DNA of 64,000 nt, taken from Candidatus Saccharimonadota bacterium. Lineage in GTDB: Bacteria; Patescibacteriota; Saccharimonadia; Saccharimonadales; Saccharimonadaceae. Positions 31,055 through 39,973 of the stretch are shown piece by piece; positions within the stretch are counted from its first letter, which is position 1, and every line of letters begins with the position of its first letter. Made by a program: the position numbers and the translations under genes. Location: NCBI GenBank assembly GCA_017519305.1, contig JAFWSN010000001.1, positions 120,296-184,295 on the forward strand, written 5' to 3'. The notes beneath the pieces were generated by a model that was not told the DNA's origin, made no database searches, and was given only the letters and a program-made list of their open reading frames with translations.

Positions 31055-31583
31055 AGTCCCAGAGGCTTTGCCGACTGAGACTATCAAGGAATCACCCCTT
31101 GCTAAACTAAAATCAGCCGTTTTTCGTAAGAAACCGGCCATCCAGGAAATTGTGCGTGAGCCGACCTCGGGCGGCATTATTTTCCGTCTCTCCGAAGATC
31201 AAAAAGATATCGAAATTCTCCTAATCCAGGACTCCAAAGAGCGCTGGACTATTCCAAAAGGTCACATCGAACCGGGTGAAACCGCTAAAATGACCGCACG
31301 TCGCGAGATCGAAGAAGAAACCGGCCTCAAAAACGTTTCCATTCTTTCTTGGCTCGGCAAAATCCATTTCAAATATCGCCGTCTCGAGAAACTCGTCCTT
31401 ATGACTACTCAAGTCTATCTTGTACAGGCACTCGACAAAAACGAAATGCCAATGAAAGAAAAATGGATGAAGGGCATTCAATGGTTTAAATTTGCAGACG
31501 CCATTGATGCCATCGAATATGAAGACATCGAAAAATTGATGCTTATCGCAAAGAAGAAGATTCGCTCCGGCGATTTTAAGTAA
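31002..31583 (+). CDS. NUDIX hydrolase
   Basis: Nudix box [25 protein letters not shown]. Confidence 0.88.
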   Translation: MNQEVKQSTEPTARRTLKVPEALPTETIKESPLAKLKSAVFRKKPAIQEIVREPTSGGIIFRLSEDQKDIEILLIQDSKERWTIPKGHIEPGETAKMTARREIEEETGLKNVSILSWLGKIHFKYRRLEKLVLMTTQVYLVQALDKNEMPMKEKWMKGIQWFKFADAIDAIEYEDIEKLMLIAKKKIRSGDFK

Positions 31584-31608
31584 AACCAGTAGAAAAATAG
31601 GAGGCAAA

Positions 31609-32322
31609 ATGGACACGACACCATATCAAGAATTTGCGAAGGCCAAGCTCGGCTTCGCTTTTAATGACATTGAGCTATTAGTTACCGCCTTAACGCACCG
31701 TAGCTATGTAAACGAGCACAAAGCTAGCGTGCATGACCACAACGAACGCCTAGAATTCCTTGGCGACGCCATTCTCGAAATGGTATCTTCAGATTTCTTG
31801 TATCGCAACTACAACGAACCTGAGGGTATCATGACTTCTTGGCGCGCCGCCCTTGTGCGTACCGAATCAATCGGTGCTGCCGGCAAAGAACTTGGCTACG
31901 AGCCACTCGTCCGTCTTTCTAAAGGGGAAAAACACGGTTCAGAGCGTGCCCACGATGTGATTCTTGCGGACTGCTTTGAGGCTGTAATCGGCGCGATTTA
32001 CTTGGATCAAGGTTATGAAGCTGCCAAAGATTTCATTTATAAACATATTTTGAATAAAATTGACGAAATTCTTGAAGATGAGTCTTGGCGCGATCCAAAA
32101 TCATACTTCCAAGAATTGGCCCAGAAAAATGCCGGTGTTACTCCGGTCTACCGTACACTCAAAGAAGAAGGCCCAGACCACGACAAGAACTTTACTGTTG
32201 GTGTTTATGTTGGCGACGAATTGAAGGGCGTAGGGAACGGCCATTCTAAGCAAGAGGCTCAGACCGCCGCCGCTAAAGAGGGCGTTAAAAGTTATAAAGC
32301 TGCTGAAAAAGCCACAAAATAG
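31609..32322 (+). CDS. rnc: Ribonuclease III
   Basis: ALTHRSY, NERLEFLGDAIL, DCFEAVIGAIYLD, dsRBD with SKQEAQTAAA. Confidence 0.97.
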   Translation: MDTTPYQEFAKAKLGFAFNDIELLVTALTHRSYVNEHKASVHDHNERLEFLGDAILEMVSSDFLYRNYNEPEGIMTSWRAALVRTESIGAAGKELGYEPLVRLSKGEKHGSERAHDVILADCFEAVIGAIYLDQGYEAAKDFIYKHILNKIDEILEDESWRDPKSYFQELAQKNAGVTPVYRTLKEEGPDHDKNFTVGVYVGDELKGVGNGHSKQEAQTAAAKEGVKSYKAAEKATK

Positions 32323-32363
32323 TAAAGTCTTGCAAAAACCACAAAAAGTAGTATAATTGCCTC

Positions 32364-32636
32364 ACGATTGAGGTGCTATATCATATAGAAAAACAGGGTT
32401 CCCTCCCAAATTTTTCGACAACAGATTCACCCTAATCGCGAACCTAACAAAATCATCGGCCATTACTGCCAAAACCAACACCAAATATATATTCCAATTC
32501 ACTATGGTTCATCTTCGAGCCTTATCGAAGAGTATCCCTTGGCCGATTGATTAACCCATGAGGGTTGTTGGCTGGCAGGCCAACAACCCAATTACCATTA
32601 CCCCCAGCCCCCCTATGGGTTGGGGGCTTCTAAGTT
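32364..32636 (+). ncRNA. Candidate structured non-coding RNA or attenuator (unassigned)
   Basis: TTGCAA-16-TATAAT (32330-32357) upstream, several long helices, GC-rich terminal hairpin, no long ORF. Confidence 0.5.
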
Positions 32637-32702
32637 TTTAAAATGCTATTGTTTTTTGAATTTTGCTAACGTATAATTTTACTAAGTAAGTGGAGTTATA
32701 AA

Positions 32703-35700
32703 ATGCAAGATTATCAAGTAGTCTTGGTTAGCTTGGATTCTTTTTTGGGATTCTTGCGCTGGGGTTTCGCGTTCTTATTATTGTTTTTAGCCTTGTTTAT
32801 GATGTATAAGCAGCATGGTAAACCGGGTGAAAAAGCCAGCTGGAAATTCTTTGTTGCTGCAGTTGTTGTAATCCCGTTTTTAATTTTCTCGCTTGTGAAG
32901 ATTAACCGCCCAGTCAACACTCCGGCCAGCAGCGACGAGATCAGTGTCGAGGATAATGTTCCAGTGCCTAAAACGAGCGCGAATAGCTCCACTCCAACCT
33001 CGGAAGATAACTCCAGCTCTGGCGCTAATTATTCCGGCATTTATTCTGGTAGCCAAAATAACTCCAATAACTCTTCTACTAATCCAAGTACTCCAGATAA
33101 TTCGGGTACCCCAGATAATCCAAGCACTCCAGATAACCCGAGCCAGCCAGATACTCCAGACGAGCCGGACGAACCAGTAGAATATACAGTCACGGTCAAC
33201 CACTACAAACAGGCCATCGATGGCTCATATGGTTCGATGCCGGATGAATATGAATCACTTACCGGCCACACTGGCGACGAACTTAACCCAGCAGTCAAAA
33301 CTTATACCGGTTTCAAAACTCCAGAAGCGCAGACCATTACTCTAGAAAACGATAACGTAACGGTCAATTATTGTTACGAACGCAACACCACGACCATTGT
33401 TTTCGACCCAGACTACGAAGAAGCTGAGGGCGAGATGGCTGACATTGTTGTACCATACGAGGCCACTATTATTATTCCATCCAGTGGTTATACCATGGAT
33501 GGTTATCTTCCTGATTATTGGGAAGCTTACGACGAGGACGACGAGTGGTATGATGATTACAATTTTGGCGATGAATTTACCGCTGAGTCGGAAGAAACCA
33601 CCCTTTATTTCTATCTAATTTGGGAACGAAAGGCGTCGACCATCAGTAATTCTAACGGCTCTGTCAATATCAAGATTAGTGCGACTTTGAATGGCGCCAC
33701 GAATTTTGGCAAATATAACGGCACGCCAAACTTCGACGAGATCGACAGCGAAGTCGATATCAGAACTGGCGGCAATACTCCGACTTATATCTGGAAAGAC
33801 GGCGAAAATGCATATTGGTGGAGCGAGGTGACCCCTTCAATCACGAACGCCAGGAATATGTTTGGTGGCGCAGAGATTGCCAATATTGATTTGTCCGGCT
33901 TCAAGACGACTGATACCACTGATATGTCTTATATGTTTGCAGAATCCAAAGTTACGAGCGTAAACTTCGGTGATTTCAACACTGCAAAAGTAACGACTAT
34001 GACGGAGATGTTCTCCAACTCTACTATTTCCTCGATTGATTTCGGCACCAAATTCAATACCGGGAAGGTAAAGAATATGTCTAAGATGTTCGCCTTTGAC
34101 GCATCGGAGGCAGGAGAAAGTAGCCGATTAACATCGATAGATCTTTCCTCTTTTGATCTTAGTAGCGTAACAACGATGGCCAACATGTTTAATGGTTGCT
34201 CAAATCTCCAGCAGGTTACTTTTGGTAACAACGTTGACACGTCCAAGGTACAGTCGATGGCAGGCATGTTTAGGGGCACGTCGTCACTCAGTACCATTGA
34301 CCTCTCGAAATTCACGACACCGGCGCTCACCAATATGAATAGTATGTTTAGGGATTCTGGCGTGACCACGCTTGATTTAAGCACGTTTGACGTTGATGGC
34401 GTAAAGAACTTCGGTAGTTTACTTCATAATGCGATGAATCTCACTACCGTCGATTTTAGCGGTTGGATAATTACTCGTTCAATCTTAGACCTCAATGGCA
34501 CGGCCGGGATGTTCTCTCAAAACTCCAGCCTGACCACTATTTATGTTGATGATAATTCTGACTTCTCTGGGTTAGAGAGAAACGATTTACTTTTCTCTAC
34601 TATGTCAACCAACCTTGTTGGCGGCAACGGTACGATTTGGTCTGGAAATGACTCAAGCGTCTGGACTAATGTCTATGCAAGGGTCGATGATCCAATCCAT
34701 GATCAACCTGGCTGGTTTACGCTAAAAAATCCAGACACGGTCACGTTTGATGCTGGAGAAGGTTCTGCTTCTTATAATTCATACAACTATATCCCTGGCA
34801 CCACATACGGCGCCTTCCCAACGGTCACCCCGCCGCAGGGTAAAAAGTTCGTGAATTGGTCTACTTCTAACGAAAATAATTTCCCAGTAACAGAGTCTAT
34901 GACGGCCGAGTCTGGCACGATTTATGCTTGGTACAAGGACCTTGAGGCAAACGCCAGACTAAGAGCGGGCGCTATCGCCGAAGCTTATCAAGCGCTAAGC
35001 TATGATGGTACATCTTACCCTACTTCATTTAGTCGTAGCGACACCGCGCCAAGCTGTTCTCAAACGACCTGTATCTCTATGGAATCAGACGATTCGGATC
35101 ATGAGATTATTGGTTTCCGCACGCGTGACGCATTCTATTACTACACGACAGGCGCAAAGGTGTTCTTACCGGTAAATTCTAGCGACTTATTCTACTTCGA
35201 CAGTGATAATCCAAATACTGCACTAACATCAATTGATATGTCTGGCTTTGATGCTTCCGAAGTGCAAACTATGGATAGCGCCTTTAGGGCCCTCACGAAA
35301 CTCACCAGCTTGAATCTTAGCATGCTCGACACAAGCAATGTTACTAATATGAATACTATGTTTGACCAAGACAGATCGTTGACGAGCCTCACTCTTGGCG
35401 GCAGCTTTACGACCGAAAATGCGGTTTATATGAATGGATTCTTGGCCTGGTGCACTAGCTTAAGCTCCTTTGATGCTTCCCAGATCGATACCTCTTCGGC
35501 GACGAGCCTCGGCGGTATGTTTAGCTATTCTGGCATCACTAGCCTAGACCTCTCCAGTTGGGATGTCAGTAACGTTGAGACTATCAGCGGTATATTTAGT
35601 GGCATGAATGATTTGACGACCGTCAATATGAGCGGTTGGGGCGAGAGCAAAATAACGAATCTTTCTGGCCTGTTCGGCTGGCTGCCATCTCTCGTAGAAG

Positions 35701-36971
35701 TTGACCTGGCCGGCTTTGATACTTCAAACGTCACGAATATGTCTAGCATGTTCGAGCATAGCTACGGCGAATCGGTGCTAACGACAATTTATGTTGACGA
35801 ATCATTCTCCACGGAAAGCGTCACAAATGATGCTCGTATGTTCTTTGCTACGACCAATCTGGTTGGTGGCGAAGGCACGGCATTTGCGACCGATGCGCAT
35901 GAGGATAGTTTGTATGCCCGCATTGATAATCCGGACGGCGGCACGCCTGGCTACCTAACGCTGAGAACCGCCACCATAGAATACGCTTCAGACTTCACGA
36001 CTGCCTTTTCCTCGGGCATCCTAAAGTCAATTACTCGTTCGGCGACATTGCCAGATAATTGTCCGAGTAGTAGGTGCAGAGACATATCGTCATCTAATTC
36101 TCAGACGCCGCTCTATGCTTGGCAAGTCGACGATAAAGGATATTATTATACAAAAGCCAGCAAAATCATTGCTCCAGTCAATATGAAAAATATGTTCGCC
36201 TTCTTCTCGGTGCTAGAAACAACGGATATATTCCAGTATCTAGACGTCAGCAATACTACATCTATGGAGGGGTTGTTCCGCAATTCTACCAAACTGACAA
36301 CAATTGACCTGTCGACGTGGAAAACAGAGAGCCTAGTAACAACGGACAACATGTTCTCATCGGCCATTAGCCTTGAGCGTGTGGTGTTCGGTGCTGGTTT
36401 TGATACTAGCAAAGCAACAAGCATGAAGTATATGTTTAGCGGAACGAATTCGCTTAGCGAAATCGACCTATCCCAGATCGAGACGCAATCGGTTACCGGT
36501 GACGGCTTCACTGGCATGTTTAACTCTACTGGTCTAGAGAGAATCGATCTTAGTACTTTTAGTACAGCCGGGGGGCCAACCGTTCTGTCAGTCCTATTTA
36601 CTAATTCATTAAACACAAAATATATCAGTCTGGCCGGATGGGACCTTTCCGGGGTCACGAGAATCAATCAGCTATTCTCTGGACTCACCTCCTTGGAAGA
36701 GATAGATTTTTCAGTGGTAAATGCTAAAAACGTTACTGATATAAGTGCGATGTTTAAGGGTTGCACGAGCCTAAAGACTATTTACGTGACGGAGAATCCA
36801 TTTGATCTCGACAAAATCACGAGCTCCAATGAGGTATTCTATAATACGCCGCAACTAAAAGGTGGTGATGGTACGACGTGGAGCAGTGAGAATGCTAACT
36901 TTAAAAGGTATGCCAGAATCGACGATCACGCAAATAACGTTTGGGCGTACTTCACCAAAAAAACCGAATAG
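32703..36971 (+). CDS. Large BspA/DUF285 LRR surface protein (1422 aa)
   Basis: Two N-terminal TMs, TPDNP linker, MucBP-like and InlB-B-like modules, three LRR blocks each ending in an L(V/K)GGxGT...YAR(I/V)D cap. Confidence 0.85.
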   Translation: MQDYQVVLVSLDSFLGFLRWGFAFLLLFLALFMMYKQHGKPGEKASWKFFVAAVVVIPFLIFSLVKINRPVNTPASSDEISVEDNVPVPKTSANSSTPTSEDNSSSGANYSGIYSGSQNNSNNSSTNPSTPDNSGTPDNPSTPDNPSQPDTPDEPDEPVEYTVTVNHYKQAIDGSYGSMPDEYESLTGHTGDELNPAVKTYTGFKTPEAQTITLENDNVTVNYCYERNTTTIVFDPDYEEAEGEMADIVVPYEATIIIPSSGYTMDGYLPDYWEAYDEDDEWYDDYNFGDEFTAESEETTLYFYLIWERKASTISNSNGSVNIKISATLNGATNFGKYNGTPNFDEIDSEVDIRTGGNTPTYIWKDGENAYWWSEVTPSITNARNMFGGAEIANIDLSGFKTTDTTDMSYMFAESKVTSVNFGDFNTAKVTTMTEMFSNSTISSIDFGTKFNTGKVKNMSKMFAFDASEAGESSRLTSIDLSSFDLSSVTTMANMFNGCSNLQQVTFGNNVDTSKVQSMAGMFRGTSSLSTIDLSKFTTPALTNMNSMFRDSGVTTLDLSTFDVDGVKNFGSLLHNAMNLTTVDFSGWIITRSILDLNGTAGMFSQNSSLTTIYVDDNSDFSGLERNDLLFSTMSTNLVGGNGTIWSGNDSSVWTNVYARVDDPIHDQPGWFTLKNPDTVTFDAGEGSASYNSYNYIPGTTYGAFPTVTPPQGKKFVNWSTSNENNFPVTESMTAESGTIYAWYKDLEANARLRAGAIAEAYQALSYDGTSYPTSFSRSDTAPSCSQTTCISMESDDSDHEIIGFRTRDAFYYYTTGAKVFLPVNSSDLFYFDSDNPNTALTSIDMSGFDASEVQTMDSAFRALTKLTSLNLSMLDTSNVTNMNTMFDQDRSLTSLTLGGSFTTENAVYMNGFLAWCTSLSSFDASQIDTSSATSLGGMFSYSGITSLDLSSWDVSNVETISGIFSGMNDLTTVNMSGWGESKITNLSGLFGWLPSLVEVDLAGFDTSNVTNMSSMFEHSYGESVLTTIYVDESFSTESVTNDARMFFATTNLVGGEGTAFATDAHEDSLYARIDNPDGGTPGYLTLRTATIEYASDFTTAFSSGILKSITRSATLPDNCPSSRCRDISSSNSQTPLYAWQVDDKGYYYTKASKIIAPVNMKNMFAFFSVLETTDIFQYLDVSNTTSMEGLFRNSTKLTTIDLSTWKTESLVTTDNMFSSAISLERVVFGAGFDTSKATSMKYMFSGTNSLSEIDLSQIETQSVTGDGFTGMFNSTGLERIDLSTFSTAGGPTVLSVLFTNSLNTKYISLAGWDLSGVTRINQLFSGLTSLEEIDFSVVNAKNVTDISAMFKGCTSLKTIYVTENPFDLDKITSSNEVFYNTPQLKGGDGTTWSSENANFKRYARIDDHANNVWAYFTKKTE

Positions 36972-37004
36972 ACAAAATCAACAGAGATAAAACCGCCTCC
37001 CAGA

Positions 37005-37033
37005 TTGACATAAGCGCTAAAACGTGCTATAAT
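37005..37033 (+). promoter_or_regulatory. Consensus sigma70 promoter
   Basis: TTGACA-17 nt-TATAAT with TG extension. Confidence 0.8.
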
Positions 37034-37079
37034 TAAAGGAGTATGTCATGGCTCAGGAAACTGAAGGGAGGTGGTTTTT

Positions 37080-37613
37080 ATGGCATGCAAATGGAACGAC
37101 GGTATTGATCGGGAAGTCGACTTTAAAAAGGAGTTTGACGGGGATCATATCTATGATGTGATTCCATCCGGAGAAATCGATGATGACTTGGAGGTGGGGG
37201 AAAAACTTTCCGCTCCAAGGAAAATCAAGAAGGTGGTCTCCGACCCGACACGGTTGCCGCTTGCAAATCTCGACAAAGAGGAAAGGCGTCAGTATTACAG
37301 ATTACTGATAGATATCCTCGACGCCGGGGTGCGCTACAACCACATCCTTAATGGGCTGACTGGTCCAGAACCGGCCGAACGAAGGATGAGGCAAAGCTAC
37401 GGTCTAGAGGGCCGCAGGGCCGCAATAGCGGAAAAGGATCGTCTATATAAGATGATTCGAGATAAAGTAGAGAGATTCAATAGAGTATTCTCAAAATATC
37501 TCGAGCAGGAGCTTACTCTTGAGTGGGTAGTCCTGCACGCTAGAAAACGGCACGTCGAGACGATAAAAAAGACCCGCGAAGCGGGCGAGATTATTCCATT
37601 TTGGAAAATCTGA
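37080..37613 (+). CDS. Hypothetical protein
   Basis: ATG after AAGGGAGGTG; own promoter and downstream hairpin (37620-37653); no recognised motif. Confidence 0.65.
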   Translation: MACKWNDGIDREVDFKKEFDGDHIYDVIPSGEIDDDLEVGEKLSAPRKIKKVVSDPTRLPLANLDKEERRQYYRLLIDILDAGVRYNHILNGLTGPEPAERRMRQSYGLEGRRAAIAEKDRLYKMIRDKVERFNRVFSKYLEQELTLEWVVLHARKRHVETIKKTREAGEIIPFWKI

Positions 37614-37704
37614 CATCTTAGCCCTAGGCAGCCAGCCTGGGGCTTTATTTTTTTAAAGAAATAGTGTATAATACAAAAGTTATTAATTTTAAGGAGAAAA
37701 TCCA

Positions 37705-38157
37705 ATGCTCGCGATTCGCATGCAACGTAATGGCCGTGCACATCTTCCGATGTACAGGATAGTCGTCCAAGAAGCGCAGCGTCACCCTCTTTCAGGTCGT
37801 GTCGTTGCTGAGGTCGGCAATTACAACCCAGCAACCAAAAAGGTCGTCTTAGACTCTGAAAAGGTCGAATTCTACCTTAAAAATGGTGCTAAACCATCTT
37901 CTCGTGTCGCCTTCGTCTTTAAGAAGAACGGCGTCAAACTTCCAGATTGGTACAAAGAAGCTCCTCAGAAGTCTGCCAAAGGCAAACACCAAGACAAGCT
38001 TCGCAAGAACCAACCAAAAGAAGAGCCAGTTGAAGAAGCTCCAGTTGCTGAAGAAGCCCCAGTTGAGGCTCCAGTCGAGGAAGCTCCAGCAGAAGCCCCA
38101 GCCGAAGAAGCTGCTCCTGCCGAAGCTCCAGCTGAAGAAACTCCAGCCGAAGCCTAA
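37705..38157 (+). CDS. rpsP: 30S ribosomal protein S16 with acidic Glu/Ala/Pro tail
   Basis: MLAIRMQRNGR, YRIVV, VGNYNP, GAKPS. Confidence 0.95.
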   Translation: MLAIRMQRNGRAHLPMYRIVVQEAQRHPLSGRVVAEVGNYNPATKKVVLDSEKVEFYLKNGAKPSSRVAFVFKKNGVKLPDWYKEAPQKSAKGKHQDKLRKNQPKEEPVEEAPVAEEAPVEAPVEEAPAEAPAEEAAPAEAPAEETPAEA

Positions 38158-38166
38158 TTCAAGGAT

Positions 38167-38200
38167 AAAAATAACCCCTGCCATAAGGGGTTATTTTTTT
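38167..38200 (+). terminator. Intrinsic terminator after rpsP
   Basis: AAAAATAACCCC-TGCCATAA-GGGGTTATTTTTTT. Confidence 0.88.
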
Positions 38201-38249
38201 GTCTAATATGATATACTATCTGCAGTTGGTTCCGAAAGGGGGAATAATC

Positions 38250-39071
38250 ATGGATAGAGAACCAAAGCATTTCAAAGATTCGCACGCACACACGAGTAGT
38301 AGCCATGATGGCAAATCTATGATCGAGGAATACCTTGCGGTGGCAGCCGAAAGGGGGGTAGACGAGATTACGTTCACAGACCATTACGATATCTATGACG
38401 GTGTAAAATCTAGGCTCCAAACCCTAGACATAGACCGCTGTTATCTTAGTTATCTTGGCCAAACCGCCGGGGTGGATTTAGCGACCCATTTCGGTATCGA
38501 AATTGGTTTGCGGCCAGAAGTCGAGAAGCAGATTAAAGATATGGTGAAAGAACATCGGGAGTTCGATTTCATTATTGGCTCGTCACACATTACTTGTGGC
38601 AAAGACATGTCGATGGACCCGAGTTTCTTCGCCGGGTATACCAGAAATCAGGCGTATACACGGTATTTCGAGGAAGTTCTAGAGAACATCAGAATGTGTG
38701 ACGATGAATTCGATGTTTATGGCCACTTGGACTATGTAGTGCGCTACGGTGGTTACGCCAGCAAAATTATTGACTACACAGAGTTTAAGAATGTGCTCGA
38801 CCAAATCCTCGCTACCCTTATTAAGAAAGGTAAAGGAATCGAGATTAATACCTCTGGTATTCGTTATGGGCTCGCCAGCCCGCATCCGAACAAAGAAATT
38901 CTCGCGAGATACCGCGAGCTGGGTGGCCGGATTATCACGATTGGCTCTGATGCTCACTGTGTGGACCATTTGGCGGGAGACTTTGACGTAGCCTACCAAA
39001 TGGCAAAAGAAGCTGGTTTTAATGAGGTTGCGGTCTTTGAAAAACGTGAACCGAGATTCGTTAGAATCTAA
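38250..39071 (+). CDS. PHP-family phosphatase (histidinol-phosphatase HisJ-like)
   Basis: HAHT, TDH, GIEIG, IIGSSH, GHLDY, EINTSG, TIGSDAH; ATG 38250 after GAAAGGGGG. Confidence 0.85.
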   Translation: MDREPKHFKDSHAHTSSSHDGKSMIEEYLAVAAERGVDEITFTDHYDIYDGVKSRLQTLDIDRCYLSYLGQTAGVDLATHFGIEIGLRPEVEKQIKDMVKEHREFDFIIGSSHITCGKDMSMDPSFFAGYTRNQAYTRYFEEVLENIRMCDDEFDVYGHLDYVVRYGGYASKIIDYTEFKNVLDQILATLIKKGKGIEINTSGIRYGLASPHPNKEILARYRELGGRIITIGSDAHCVDHLAGDFDVAYQMAKEAGFNEVAVFEKREPRFVRI

Positions 39072-39076
39072 CATGG

Positions 39077-39103
39077 AACCGGGCGGACAACGCCCGGTTT
39101 TTT
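39077..39103 (+). terminator. Intrinsic terminator
   Basis: AACCGGGCG-GACAA-CGCCCGGTT followed by a T tract. Confidence 0.85.
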
Positions 39104-39166
39104 GTTTGCAATTTAGCGTTTATGTTATAATAAGACCATATAATTTAAAAATTTGGAGATACCTAA

Positions 39167-39595
39167 ATGGCAACCATTGACCAACAATTCGTAGAATACA
39201 TCGTAAAGACCCTAGTCAATAATCCTGACAAAGTTTCCGTTGACCGCATTATCGATGAGAAAGGTGTTTTGCTATCGCTCACTGTTGATCCAGAGGATAT
39301 TGGTCGTGTAATTGGCAAGCGTGGCGCTACTGCTCAGTCACTTCGTACTTTGCTTCGCGCTCTTGGTACCAAGAACGATGCCCGTTATAATCTTAAGATC
39401 GTGAACACTGACGAAGAAGGCGCTGCTAAGCCAGCTGCTAAAGCCGAAAAACCAGTCGAAGAAGCTGCAGAAGCCCCAGCCGCTGAAGCTGATGATATCG
39501 TCGAAGACGACACCGTTGAAGAAGCTGAAGAATCTTCCGCTCTCGCCGAAAAAACTCGCGCTGAGCTCGCCGATCTCGATGATCTCGACATCTAA
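39167..39595 (+). CDS. khpA: KH-domain RNA-binding protein (KhpA/UPF0109-like)
   Basis: LVNNPDKV, DIGRVIGKRGATAQSLRTLL; near rpsP. Confidence 0.85.
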   Translation: MATIDQQFVEYIVKTLVNNPDKVSVDRIIDEKGVLLSLTVDPEDIGRVIGKRGATAQSLRTLLRALGTKNDARYNLKIVNTDEEGAAKPAAKAEKPVEEAAEAPAAEADDIVEDDTVEEAEESSALAEKTRAELADLDDLDI

Positions 39596-39604
39596 TTAAG
39601 AAAC

Positions 39605-39636
39605 AAAATCAGGGTCAAAAAGGCCCTGATTTTTTT
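39605..39636 (+). terminator. Intrinsic terminator
   Basis: AAAATCAGGGTC-AAAAA-GGCCCTGATTTT. Confidence 0.8.
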
Positions 39637-39695
39637 GTTGAAAAAACTTTAAAAAAGTCCTTGACCGAGCCTCCAAATTAGGATAAAATAAACAT

Positions 39696-39776
39696 AAGCT
39701 AACTAACTGCGAGTTAACTTACAATTTGTTGAGAGTTTATCTATGTCTAAAAACCCACCTTTTTAGGTGGTTTTTT
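39696..39776 (+). ncRNA. Candidate ~80-nt small RNA
   Basis: TTGACC-17-TAAAAT (39661-39689), internal hairpin, terminator CCACCT-TTTT-AGGTGG-T6. Confidence 0.4.
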
Positions 39777-39788
39777 GGGCAAAAACCC

Positions 39789-39973
39789 TTGTCAAAACTC
39801 AAAGAAAGGAGTAAACTAGTTTCAAGAAGTAGTGTGACATATTTTTGGTTGTCGTTCGAACTGGCAATTCGGGCGATGAAAGTATGTCAGTAATCTTCGG
39901 CGCTGAGATCTTTGTTCATCTAAGTAACAGAGGTCAAAAAAGATTATTAAACTAAAAACAAGAAGGGTATCTA
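39789..39973 (+). promoter_or_regulatory. rpoB promoter and structured ~150-nt 5' leader
   Basis: TTGTCA-17-TAAACT (39789-39817); two multi-helix domains before the GTG start. Confidence 0.55.

Noticed and set aside
32364-32636. Assignment of the rnc-downstream RNA as tmRNA, RNase P, SRP, T-box or retron msr-msd
   Set aside because: It lacks their hallmark motifs (tRNA-like ends, GAGGAAAGUCC, SRP loop, UGGN T-box bulge), and there is no adjacent RT. Left unassigned.
37048-37161. 37-codon upstream ORF with AAGGAG SD overlapping the 37080 gene; possible frameshift
   Set aside because: No canonical slippery heptamer, no recognisable peptide, and ATGs occur in all three frames here.
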